This document shows, one piece after another, positions 43,201 through 54,900 of a DNA stretch of 64,000 nucleotides. Under the pieces are notes generated by a model that saw only the letters and a list, made by a program, of their open reading frames with translations, was not told the DNA's origin and ran no database searches. Made by a program: the position numbers and the translations under genes. How positions within the stretch are numbered: the stretch's first letter is position 1; the number at the start of each line of letters is the position of its first letter. Location of the stretch: the NCBI GenBank assembly GCA_002633005.1, contig NMRA01000012.1:124001-188000 (forward strand), read 5' to 3'. This stretch comes from Phoronis australis (Eukaryota; Animalia; Phoronida).

Positions 43201-45940
43201 ACAACAGTTTTTCATTGAGATTGCAAAACTTGTCAAACGAAACTAAACTGAGCCCATATATCAAAACAGATAGCATGAATAACAGAACAGGAAAAGCACA
43301 TAAAATAAACCATAAGCTTAACTTATACAACAATAACTAATGGTAATTTGCTATTCTTATTTTTAGAGAAAATGAAATAGCACCTGATCAACCTTTGGTA
43401 GACTCAGTGTCACTAAACACAAGTACAGAGATTGAAGAGAGGGGGGTGTGGTGAAACTAAAAAATGCTAATATAAACTAATCATGCTGTGTACAGCGGAA
43501 TCATCAGGCATGAGCTGGAGCCAAAAGCCACTAGACAGGCAGTCACAGAACACAATCCGTCATTTGGTGAAGACATGATAAACAAAGGGTAAGGAATCCA
43601 AATAGGGACAGGACTGTGACGAGGGCCAATATCTTGTGCACGTTTCAAAATCTAAGATTATCATTTAGAAGAGAATCGCCAACTTTCACTGGAGAAGTAA
43701 AAACCAGGCATCAGTGGCTGGTGACCCCAGTCACGCCTCAGTCCCAATTGGGATTTCTTACCCTTGCTGGGTGTGGGTTTGTTAGTTCCTGAGTCAGCAT
43801 GATTGCACTGTGATGACACACTCGACATGTCGTCCATATCCAGCACTATTCCACTGTCCCGATTGCGTGCCTTTATCGGCAGACTAGTCCTTGTATTGCA
43901 GTTCGCACTGTTTACAAACTGACCACACTTTTCACACATAATAGTAGGAAAGCCATGACTTTCCTCTCGTTTGTCAATACACTGCTGCTCCACGACTGTC
44001 TGAGGGGACTCGTACTCAGACCAACTGTCTGCCTCTGACGACACACTCTCAAAACTTAGCTGCCTAATGCATGCTCTTTTCCGCCTGTGTTCACACACTG
44101 CACAAGTGTACATTTCACAGCGACAGTTCTCAGGTGGATCATTCTCGTGCAGTGTTAAATCAATAATCCTAAGCACCCTGTCCATGTCAACAGCATTGTC
44201 TTTGTCGGGGGTCTCCAAATCCCCCATGATGGAATACATGATATCCCCGTCTAGCGACCCACCAAGGTCATCGTCTTCATAACCAGAGTCACCTAATACA
44301 TGTTATTACATTTGCAAAAGACAAGTCATCTTCCCAAAATTGATGATCACTTTGTAGCCTACTCAAACAAATGATTAGGGACAAACAAAATTGAATTTGA
44401 AAGCTTTTGTGTTTGAAGAGAACCATTACAGATACAGTAACAGGGGAATGGAAGACAATACAGTAAAACTCACGTAAGACGGACCCATCCAGACAGCATG
44501 ATTTCGTACAGTGAAATCCAACTTATCTGAAGAGCCAAGTGCATGAAGTAGAACAGTTGCCTGAGAAACCATATTTGAGTTAAGGGCTACAACGACTAAT
44601 GCATGTTCCGACTTACACGAGAATTACTGTAGGTTACTAACAGTGAAGTCGATGAGTTATTGGATTAAAGAGAAAACACTGGCATGTACTGTAGCACGCC
44701 TTGTGTACAAACGTTCACAGTTGTTCATAGTTGATGCCACTTACCAAAGCCATCGTCTCCAATGAGAGTTATATTGCCAAGGTCTTCTCTAATTGTGATC
44801 TCCTCTGGACGACTCTGGTTGACTGAGAACTGAGCTTGTACGTCAATGTCGCTGTGACAACCACAAAATTGAGTTACTATGATGTCAGTGAAATGACATG
44901 GTTAAACAGATCGACAGATGCCTAAATCAAATAGATGCTTCCACCGAGAAGCAAAATTACCAGATCCTTAAAATGATTAAATGTCACAATTGCAACTGTA
45001 ACGCATACCAACATATGAAAATACCCAAGTATTGACCAGATTCCAGCTCTCAGAGGTGGGCCCTTTGTGATAAACAATCAGAATCAAAACTTCTCGTACA
45101 AAACATCTGCTCAATCTTAATGCCAGCGGGTACACTGTTCATGAATAAGGTATAAAAAAATTGTGAATTACGATTACTCAGAAATAGGAACTGCAGCTTG
45201 TTAACAGTCTTACTTGAGGTCGGCCATTGTAGTGTCAAAGTCATGGAAGTTCTCAGGTAAAGTAATGGCAGTCACCGCTGCTTCCCTGTTGTCTTCTGGC
45301 AGGTCCACAATGCCTGGACGAAATGCCATCTTTATCTTGACAAACGCCTCATTGCAGTCTGCCAGTAAATACTTGGCTTTTCGTGAATATATTCGCACAA
45401 CCCCCAACAGCAAGTGTCCCGATGTGCGCAGCGCCATTTTCACCTGTAATATCAGGGAAGTAATTAAAAGCAGTAAAGCCTAGTACAAGAAATGACCAAG
45501 TAACTTTACAAACAGTTTCGTAAAAATAATCGCAGGCAAGGTATCATGCACACGAGCCACAGGATCAAGTGTATGAAGCCCTTTCTTTGACAATCAATAT
45601 ACCCATGAAACGGATTCATGTGAATGATTTGCATTTGTATAAATGCGTGCATGGTTTGTGGGCATGATTTCTACATGTGATGCTTGAGCATGGAACTGCT
45701 CAGCACACTTGAAAAGGTATACCAAGAAATTACAAGGAATCAGAAAACTACAAAGGTCTTAAGAAGGGAAAATCACCCAAGCTGTTTTAGACAAACCTTG
45801 GGCTGAAGAATAGCCTCAACGCTGCTGTCAATGTTGGTTTCAAACACATGGGCCTTTGTTAACTTCTTGTCCCAGTGGGCTGCCAGCCAGATACGGGCCA
45901 GCGGTCCTCTTTTGCTCAACACAAAGTGAGCGTAAAACAT
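34280..45940 (-). CDS. RAD21: Cohesin kleisin RAD21/Scc1, 618 aa; coding exons 45797-45940, 45214-45443, 44745-44851, 40456-40653, 39850-39921, 37923-38030, 37334-37483, 36874-37100, 36285-36405, 35704-35807, 35161-35274, 34280-34561
   Basis: N-terminus [33 protein letters not shown]; [16 protein letters not shown]; middle [32 protein letters not shown]; C-terminal winged helix [24 protein letters not shown]. All introns are GT-AG and phases sum to 1857 nt including TAG. Confidence 0.96.
38570..38890. mobile_element. Degenerate pogo-like MITE fragment
   Basis: CCGTAGATAAGCCCG, AATAAACACCCGGGCGTT and TAAACGCCCAGGGGCGTT subterminal motifs. Confidence 0.4.
41175..41587. mobile_element. Kolobok-like non-autonomous transposon, copy with its interior replaced by an N (41374)
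   Basis: TTAA|GGTAGGTGGATACAC ... GTGTATACACCTACC|TTAA; both halves are nearly identical to the ends of 60085-62039. Confidence 0.85.
42303..43095. mobile_element. Non-autonomous hAT-like transposon with a 5-bp TSD and an internal ~16-bp tandem repeat
   Basis: CTAAC|CAGGGTTCCCCCT ... AGGGGAAACCCTG|CTAAC; (CTAGCGATCATTTTTA)-like repeats at ~42845-42970. Confidence 0.8.
43661..44292 (-). CDS. RAD21: Candidate alternative RAD21 exon (terminal, or a 531-nt cassette if the donor after 43762 is used)
   Basis: TAG acceptor at 44293-44295 in the phase 1 required by exon 44745-44851. The frame stays open for ~210 codons. The first 20 nt are 17/20 identical to the canonical next exon. Internal phase-1 donor G|GTAAGA. 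Confidence 0.7.
44461..44629. mobile_element. Tc1/mariner-type MITE
   Basis: TA|CAGTAAAACTCACGTAAG ... CTTACACGAGAATTACTG|TA. Confidence 0.75.
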
Positions 45941-47353
45941 ACTGTAACTCTTCTGTCACTGATCTGAAATTAAATATAGAATGTTAATTAAAAATTGGTT
46001 ATTATGGAAACAATATTGTTTTCTTCTAATTTCCTTGCAGACTTCGCTAAATTGTATTATATCGATTGAAGCAGATGTTTTAATATGATCCAACTCCCTA
46101 AATGGACTGAAAACAGAAAGATTTTCACCTGCATGGGATCATTCACACGACTTTCTGTAATGCGACTGCCAATTTCCAATAGTACTGATGATTCAGTGAT
46201 ACTACCTGGTGAATTTCAATGAGTCTCGGAACCACATAACTACAACGCTGCCCAGGGTAGCACCAGAAGACAATGTTGCCATAGATGAACCAACTAGTAG
46301 ATAGTTGTCTTCCAATGCTAACACAGTCGACACACCAGTTCCAGACCATTTGATCAAACATATGGCGCTAACGACCAATTGCTAGTATTTGGCAAGTCCA
46401 AAGTAAACCATCCCGGTAGAAAATTTCCTCTTTCTGACCATTTGCATATTTCATAAAGTTAATTGAAAAATAGGGGATAACTTTGCATTTTTTACTCGAA
46501 GAAAAAGTTTGATAACAAGAGTATTTATTGGAGTTGGAAGGAAATAAAGACATCAACGGCCTCCTAAGGCGTCCTTCTATGCGCACAAGGTATTTATAAC
46601 AGTGTGACTTTAATGTTTTAGTCAGTGTGAGGCATAATTTGCTGAAAAGTTTCCGGCATATGAAACTCCTATTGGAGCTACACAATCTGTAGTTCAACTA
46701 GAAATGGTGGTCACTGTCTAAACAGCCTCCTACACANNNNNNNNNNNNNNNNNNACTTGGCGCCGTCATCAGATTTCATTTTATGGATAATTTTGTTGCG
46801 AATGGACCTGGGTTCTAGCAGCATATATGTCAAAACACTCGAGCTGAAATTTGGCGACAAGGTGCCCGCGGCCATTACATGGTTGGTCAGTTTTCCGCGG
46901 TGTGGCGTATGGAGAAACATGGTGTCCGATATTTAGGTTCTCCGAAGGTTTGGTTGTTGTGTTTTTTGAAGATCAGTCGGAACATAAATGTGACTTTCAG
47001 TGACAAGATATAGTAACGGAACAATTCCGTGAAGGTAAATCTTTATTTCAGCAAAGAATTTACAACAATCCGTAGTATTTTCAATTAAATATAATGCAAA
47101 ATGTGCCAAAACGTCCGATAATTAGGTCACTTGACTGTACCCTGGAGCAATCACTATAATTGTAGTTCACATCTGCAACTGCCCATTTTTAACAATGCGC
47201 GCGCCAAGAAATATGACATCATACCACCTGGCGCAGTGTTAAAAATACCCAGTTACCAATCTGGGCAACTGAGTGAAGGGTTGCTCAACGATGAAGTTTG
47301 ATTACGAGAGTATATCATATGTTCAAGTTGGAAGTAATTAAAGACATCAAAGG

Positions 47354-47509
47354 CAGTGCTGTAGTGGGGCGTAGGCACACGTAGGCGCAGCCAACCACCT
47401 TTTGGCATTTGAACGTTGGGCCTACGCGCCGTAAATTATGCTCAGTGCTCAAAGTAATACGGTAGGCTTTGGACGCCTACTTACCTCTAATTTTACCACT
47501 ACAGCACTG
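47354..47509. mobile_element. Short MITE
   Basis: TIR CAGTGCTGTAGTGG ... CCACTACAGCACTG. Confidence 0.75.
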
Positions 47510-47639
47510 ATGAACAGACACCTAAGGTGTCCCTCTACGACGCACAAAAGGTACTTATAACAACGCAAGAGGTGTTGTAGATGTGCTTCCGGTGAATCAT
47601 ATACGAGCCTCTGTTAGCTACTCGCTAACAGGCAATTGC

Positions 47640-47840
47640 CTATTAGCTGAATGGTTAGCACGCTTGCCGATTTTATGGGGGTTGCTGGTCCGATTCCAGG
47701 GCTCTGGTAATCTCTGCTCGGGGTATTACTACAGAGGTATAATTTACCGAAAAGCTTCTGTCGGATGAAGCGACTTTAGGAGCTTCCCAGTCTCTATCTG
47801 AGTCTCTAGTTCAGCTAGAGACGGTGGTCACTGTCTAGTA
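47640..47840 (+). mobile_element. tRNA-derived SINE-like fragment; related pieces at ~46630-46725 and ~51245-51330
   Basis: A-box-like TAGCTGAATGGTTAG and B-box-like GGTCCGATTCC, followed by GGTATAATTTACCGAAAAGC and GGTGGTCACTGTCTA motifs with similar versions in the other pieces. Confidence 0.45.
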
Positions 47841-48138
47841 CGATAGTACGAAACTGACCTGCCGACTGTATCTTACAAAATTTAGCAGCAAAACCTTAAA
47901 ACTACTTTAGCAACAAATACCAGTAGGCCTAATAACATTTGAATGTGCTCGAGTAAAAGAGTATTCACGAGACCAACTTGCGCCATAGACTATAGAATAT
48001 CGGGCAGTAATGTTTGCATGGTCTGTGCGGTCTCGGATGAGCAATCACAAGACTGCAGACGGTCACAGAATGAGAAAGGCGACGCCGACGCCAACAAACC
48101 AAGCCATCCAAAATTCTTTAAACTTATCAAGTAAATAC

Positions 48139-48290
48139 CTCAAACAGTTATATCATAAGTTTCACTGGATTCCTTTGTAGATGTGCACACAACAATTCTC
48201 AAGTTTTGTCGAACAACAAGCCCCAATTACACATTTTAGCACCATTCAAACCACACTTGAGTTGTAAAGATGGCGTCACTTTGTTCCCGC
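48139..48290 (-). other. RAD21: Probable non-coding first exon of RAD21
   Basis: The ATG-containing exon has an acceptor (atttcag) at 45964-45966, so an upstream exon is needed. Donor GAG|GTATTT at 48138 and a YY1-type CGCCATCTT at 48267-48275. The 5' limit is approximate. Confidence 0.5.
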
Positions 48291-48965
48291 TTTGAATAAT
48301 TTCAATAAACATGAACTCTCAAAAATGCAGTCGTTTTTTGACCACATTTATAATTACAAACGGGAACGTAAATGAAATTTTACGATACATTATATATTTT
48401 TAATGGAATTAAATAAAATAAATATTTTGTGTAGGATAAATTTTAGAAATAAGAGCCATTAAACAGAAATATTTTGCTTGCTGATGATATTCATTTAAGT
48501 GCAACCACACAGGTGCCCGAATGTTTTAGTTTTGTTCCTTGATTTGGATACGTTGAACTATGCATACGTCATATTTAAGTGTACCGAAAAATTATAAATG
48601 TCACTGTTGTACAATTCTTTGAATTAGGCCTACATTTCATTTGAATTCAAGAAAAAAACCGTGAACAATCTTGCATCGCAATGCATCCCAGCTCAACTGA
48701 TGGCTGATGTGAAAAACTCCCACCTAGTGTTTGCAAACATTGTGAGATCATTCATATTTTGAAACTACGGGGCACTGTGCGAAATTCCGTTGCTTATATG
48801 CGGTAATCACTGTAATAGTTCATAGTTTTGACAGAAGCTTTTCTTTAATCTGACGTGTATTTCCGGTGCATAGTCACGTGACTACGTGTTCCTGGGTGAA
48901 AGTCACAGGTTTACGAAAGTGCTGAGTTGCCGATCTTGATTGATGCGTTACCCTCACTTGTTAAA
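48290..48965. promoter_or_regulatory. Putative bidirectional promoter RAD21 / Bfr1-like gene
   Basis: Head-to-head genes <1 kb apart. Perfect palindrome TAGTCACGTGACTA (USF/MiT-TFE E-box) at 48871-48884, with adjacent TTCCGG (ETS) and TGACGT. Confidence 0.6.
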
Positions 48966-51900
48966 ATGATGCAAGAAGCTCAAGAAGAGACACAGGGTGA
49001 TGAAGACTCGGAGAAAAATGTTTTGGGTAGGTAAAAGCACTCGATTTTTTTATTCACAAAGTTTATTGATCTAGGAATCTGAACTGAGTGACGGCGACGT
49101 CGATGGGACATATCGATGGGACCATAGACTAATAACTATGATGGGACGGAGATAAACACTATCTGTGTTTGCGGCTCGCTTGTTGTGGTTAAGTGGGGTA
49201 TGAAATCGTGGTTTTATTCTCTTGTGAACTTCCCAACCAAGATTTATGATGACTCACCGCTGCTTCCATGTTCTGAATATAGACACATTGTGTGATGAGG
49301 TAGGCCCACTAATTCAAGCTTGAGCTTGCCTGTGTGCCCTGTCAACCAGGCCAACCGCGAGGAAGGAATTTCATGATGGTTGCCAACTACCACTGTGTAA
49401 TTTGGCTTCAATATCTGACCAATCATTGTAAGTTGCCACTTATTAGGTTTCCATCTCAGGTTCAATGGGCTAGCAGGGGCGAATCCTGGATTTTGAGTAA
49501 GGGGGCCATGGCAGAGTGTTAGCCAGGATTTTACCCATCAGACATTTGCACCCCTGGCCTCCTACTGGGGAATGGAATCCAGGAGAGTTTAAGGGGGGGG
49601 GGGGGGCACCNGGGGGGGGGCATCACTAGCTAGTATTTTTATTGGCAATTATGTCACCCTGAAACCTGCAAGCATACAGCTGGGGCGATATAGTACATCC
49701 CCATAAAAATTTACTCATTTCGAAATACAGCAAAAAAATCGAATGAAACATGCATATATATAGACAATTACCATCGTCTCTATCCAGAATAGAGACGATG
49801 ATGCTCCCATAGGAGCTCTATACGCTGGAAGCGTTTTGGCGAATTAAGCCTCGCACTGATTAAAACATCAAAATCAGGTTGTTGCATGCGCATAGAGGTT
49901 CACCTTACGAGGTTGTCGATGTGTTTAATTCCTTCCAACTCCAACAAATACTCCTGTTATCAAACCTTTTCTTCGAGCTGTCCCTCGTTCAGTTCCCAAA
50001 ATCGTGAACTCACCATTTTCACTCTGCGCACGCCAAGAGATATGACCTCATTCTTTTAACCAGGTTGAAGGTCAGAAGTTGTGGCCCTACTGATGATGTT
50101 CAATGAAAGGATGCTAAATTGGCTGAACTGGAAAGTTGGAAACAAAACAATGTTCATAGTGAAGTGCCAAATGAAGGTCAGAAATGTATCTCCACGAATT
50201 GGGTATGGTTCCAAAGGCCCGATTAGTTGCTAGAGGTTTTAAAGAATTTCAAAATGACCTAAGCGGCACTTCACAGAATTGATATTTTCGGGTGAAATCA
50301 GTCATGTTGGAAAACGGGGGGGGGGGGAGGGAATATGTCAGAGATTGATCCTGGTGTATTTTACTGGACGAAAAACATCTTTGAAAACTGTGGATTCGTC
50401 ACTCTTCACAATAGTTGTCTTTCTATTTTTTATAGCATGATGATCTGTGGTACTTGGCTTCTAAGACACAAGGTCTTTATCTTTGAATTTCATTTGCATA
50501 TTCAGGGCTCTGGACTGAGCTGTCGCTTGCGATACAAGTCCAACTGAAAAAAACCCGAACTGCTAACACTAATTTAATATTCAACTATGAGTGAGTTAGC
50601 ATGCAACTTTTTCAGACGGACTTATCTGGAACTGATCCACCACCAGCCTAACAAATTTACATGCCGTCTGATCTGTCGCCTAAAAATGTTGATCATCTAA
50701 TAATTAGATTAGTTGATGCAACTGAAAATAAATCAGCTGATATACCAGTGCAGTGATTGAAATTTAATTTTTTTAAATCAGATGCTCAAACCATAGTCAA
50801 TCGATTTACACTTAAGGTAATCGACGTTTGACAAAATGGGCAGTGGCTTCCATCGTCCTCAAATTACGACGGCAACGATGGCCACTTAGGCACTCTAATT
50901 TAAATATCATTGCAGCTACCTAAGTAATTAATGTTTACAAAAATTGAGAAGAGGTACCCCTATCCCAGGACTATGGCAGGGGATGACGGCAACTTGGGCA
51001 TGTTGTTTGCAACCATCTACTCCATTTAACCTTCTCAAAATTTTTTGACTTAAAGTGCTTTAAAATCACCCCCATTGTGTAACGCCATATGATTATCCCT
51101 TAGCGCAAGCAGTGTCGATGTGGCAACTGAACAATGGAGTGTTCGAAAAACAGGATTGCAGGAGTATTTGTTTAAACTGGGAACAAGTGAAAACATTAAG
51201 AACCTCCTCAGAGGCATCTCTCTACGCCGTACTTCTAAACTTATAGGTACATAATTTGCCGAAAAGCATCCGGCATATTGAGTACCTATGGTATGATCAC
51301 CGTCTCTACTGGGTCAGCGGTATTGTCTAAGGCCTAGGCAGCCAAGGGGCTGAACAAGTTACAAAAACAACTGGTGATAATACTGAAACACACATGGAAA
51401 ACACCAAGATATACCTTTCAAAAACACGTACCTGTTTTTCAAAGCTATACTTCTTTCTCTTTCTTGAAATATGGTCCATAATGTACTTTTCCTGCTAACA
51501 AATGATGCACTCATGTTTCAGAATGTTCCTATCTTATTCAGGTTAATTGGGTGTTTCAGATTTTGGAAGTATAATTGATTTTCTTTGGAAATCTTGGATA
51601 ACATCTGTGTCACTTTCAGCAACTTCAGCTTTAGTACTACTGCTGGTGCCTTGAAACGTTGCTATGCCGTTCAATGTCCTTTCAAGTTTTTGGTCTGACA
51701 CTTGGTCTTCTAGTCTACAGCACTAAGCAGTATACTGTGTAGGCTATACCAGGACATGCACAAACGTTTGTGACACCTCTTCTTCTTTTTGATCTACTGA
51801 TCTACAGAGTTCCACAGTCCATCAGCTTTCGTCAGGAAGCTTTCCCAAGCTTCTTTAGGCTCTGGCATCACAATTTTGTGCTGTTTGATAAACCTTGAAT

Positions 51901-54900
51901 TCTGTCCTTGTCTCAAAGTCTACAAGCAGAATTGACTAAACCAGGGACATTTTGTGTTAACTTCAAACCCATTTCCATTTTAGAACAACCGGGTTTTAGT
52001 TGGTAGTTCTTAAAGTATCATGGGCCCCTATTGTGAAAACAGATGTCAAGTGAATACACGACTACCACCTGGTACCTTGACATTTGAGCTTTTAAGTGTG
52101 ATTACCCGATGTTCATCCTTTGGTCTATAATTGAGAATCACTCTGCTTTTGTGTTTAAAGACCATCTATGTAATGCATCATAGCACTTGCTTCACACATC
52201 TTTGAGTGTTATGGACTATGATGTTTCTTCACTCATTTTTCACAAAATTAATTGCCAAAATCGTCGTTTGTATACACTCACATATAGGTGGCCGCATTGT
52301 GCTATCTTCCCTGTCTGTCCGTCTGATGTCCACTGCTGTATCTTTAAAACTCTTGGACGTATTTTTATAAAATTTTGCTGATGTTCCTTTTCTGGATAAG
52401 ATAATTGGTGTGCCCCCTAGTGTCAAGTTTATTTTTTTACGATTGCCTCAGTTTCTCAACAGATTCTCAAAAAATTGGCAACATCTAGAAAGATGGCGTC
52501 ACCTTTAAGTTTTTGAGTGGATTTGATGTATTTTGTGCATCCTAGTAGTCATTTTTATTGGTTTCTAGTCTTTTGTGCCACCCGTCCCTTCGTAGGCCAA
52601 ACCACTCCAAGAATGATTATGAAAATTGGCATACCATGTGTTCCTTCTGGGAAGAAGATGAATGGCAATGGTTTTTGGATTGTTCTGACCATTGTGGCTT
52701 TCCGTAGTGGCATTTTTGTGTCCATGGCTGTATCTCCAAAATCTTCAGCAGGATATTTGTTAAGTTTGGTAAGTGTAGTTATGTGAAAGTGACAATGGAT
52801 GACGATTTGCAAATAAATCCAACTACTGCTGGCTGTGCCCCCTGGTGACAATTTTATTTTTTCCATTTGTCTCTGTATCTTAAAAGTTTCTGGACAAATT
52901 TTTACAAAATTTGGCTCGCCATGGATGGATCAGACTGCCTCTGTGTTTCCTTGTGGCATTTTTTCCATTTTCCTCTGTATCTTTGGAGTTCCTTGACAGA
53001 GTTTTGCGAAATTCGGCAAATAGTTTTCTAATAAATAGACGATGACACCTTGTTTTCAGATGGATTTATCATAGTGTACGCCTCCTAGTGGCCACTTTTA
53101 TGCGCACACATATTTATATGTGGGTGCATATTGCCGTCATCTCTGTCTGGCCGTCCAGAATCCAGCGTACGCAGCTGTATCTCCTAAACCCCTCACAGTG
53201 AGATTTGGCAGATGTTTTCCTATGAAGCTGACAACGGATGACGGCGCATTTCAAACCTTTCCGGCTATTGGTGTGTCCCCTAGTGGTAATTTTAGTTTTT
53301 TACGTTTACCTCTTTATCTTCGGAGGTCCTAAACAGATTTTCATAAAATTTGGCAGTCAGGCATCTAATAGTAAGATGAGGCTATCCTCTCGTTTTTGGA
53401 TGGATTTGAGGTACTTTGCGCCACTTTGTAACCATGCCATTTTTACTGTTTTCGAGTCTGGTTTTTGGCATCCGCCCCTCTGTCAACCAAACCGCTTTAG
53501 GGATGATTGTGAAAATAGGCATATATGTTCTTACTATGAAGAGCAAAAGGACAGCTGACTATGATTTTCCGATGACTTCGACCACTGTGGCACCACCTAG
53601 TGGCAGTTTTGTATGTTTTTGCGCCCATGGCTATATCTCCTAACAGGGCTCGACGCTATTAAAATCGCCAGGTCGCATTTTGCGACCTAGTCAAAATCCC
53701 AGGTCGCATTTTCAAAATCCAGCTCGCATTTGTAAATGCCAGGTCNCTTGCTTTTACAAGTCATCGGGAGGACTGTTCTCGGTTAGTGTTCTTTTGAACT
53801 TGTATTTGGTAACAACCAAATAACGGTCGCATTAACAAGAGCTGATTCGTATTTGCCGGGTATCTGTTGAGAAGTGTAAAAACTCAGCTCGCATTCGTTG
53901 GAAATTTCAGGTCGCATTTTGCGACTTTATACGAGATGACAAAAATCTCAGCTCGCATTTCCAAATTTCAGGTCGCAAATGCGACCTGCAGCTCGTTATG
54001 TCGAGCCCTGCCTAAACCCTCTGCAGGATCTTTATTAAATTTAGAAAGTGTGTTTATATGAAAGTTGACAACGAACGATGACGACTTTCAGATGGATCCA
54101 ACAAACACTGTGCCTCCTAGTGGCAATTTCATTTTTTTTCTGTTTTCCTCTGTTCCTCTGAAACTGTTGATTTTTATGAAACTTGGTAAATAGCTTTTTA
54201 GTCCTGTTTATGGATAGGTTCGACATATTTTGCGCCTTCTAGTGGCCATTTTTTCTGTTTTTTAGTTTGTTATGATTGCGAAAAATGGCATGTGAAGAGA
54301 ATGGTTGACGATGATTTTCTGGCGATTTCAACTACTGTGGTGCCTCTTAGTGGCAGTTATGTTTTTTGTGCTCATAGCCCCCTTGTGGCAATTTCATTCT
54401 TTTCTGTTTTCCTGTGTTTCTCAGAAGTTCCTTGACAGATTTGTATGAATTTTGGTAAATAGCTTTGATGACATATACCAGTTTTTTGATGGATTTGACA
54501 TATTTTGCGCCCTCTAGTGGCCATTTTTATGAGACAAACATCCCTAGAAGCACACCGTTTGCAATGCTTTCGTGGGGACATATCAACGCTCTGCGTTGCT
54601 CTTGTTTTTATTTTTTAGTCTGTTTTTGGTTACTACCTGTCTATCAGCCAAACAACTCTGAAAATGGTTATGAAAATTGTTAAATGTGTTCCTAATGGAT
54701 AGAGCATGTCTGATAATGATTTTTAGACAGTTTGACTGCTGTGCTACCCCTAGTAGCAGTTTGCTTTGTTGCATTTGCAACTGTTTCTCCTAAGCCCTTG
54801 TAGGATCTTGGCAAGTGTATTTCTGTGAATGTGACAATGGATGACGATTTTTTAATGTATCTGACTACTACTGTGCCTCCTAGTGCCAATTTTATTTTTT

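Noticed and set aside
43661-44239. Independent nested single-exon gene starting at ATG 44239
   Set aside because: The frame extends upstream to a phase-matched acceptor and resembles the start of the next RAD21 exon, so splicing into RAD21 is the simpler explanation (not formally excluded)
47640-47710. tRNA gene
   Set aside because: Only degenerate A/B boxes and no convincing cloverleaf; it continues into a dispersed repeat, so a SINE head is more likely
49592-49620. G-quadruplex-like poly-G tract
   Set aside because: It contains an N at 49611 and probably marks a low-quality assembly join
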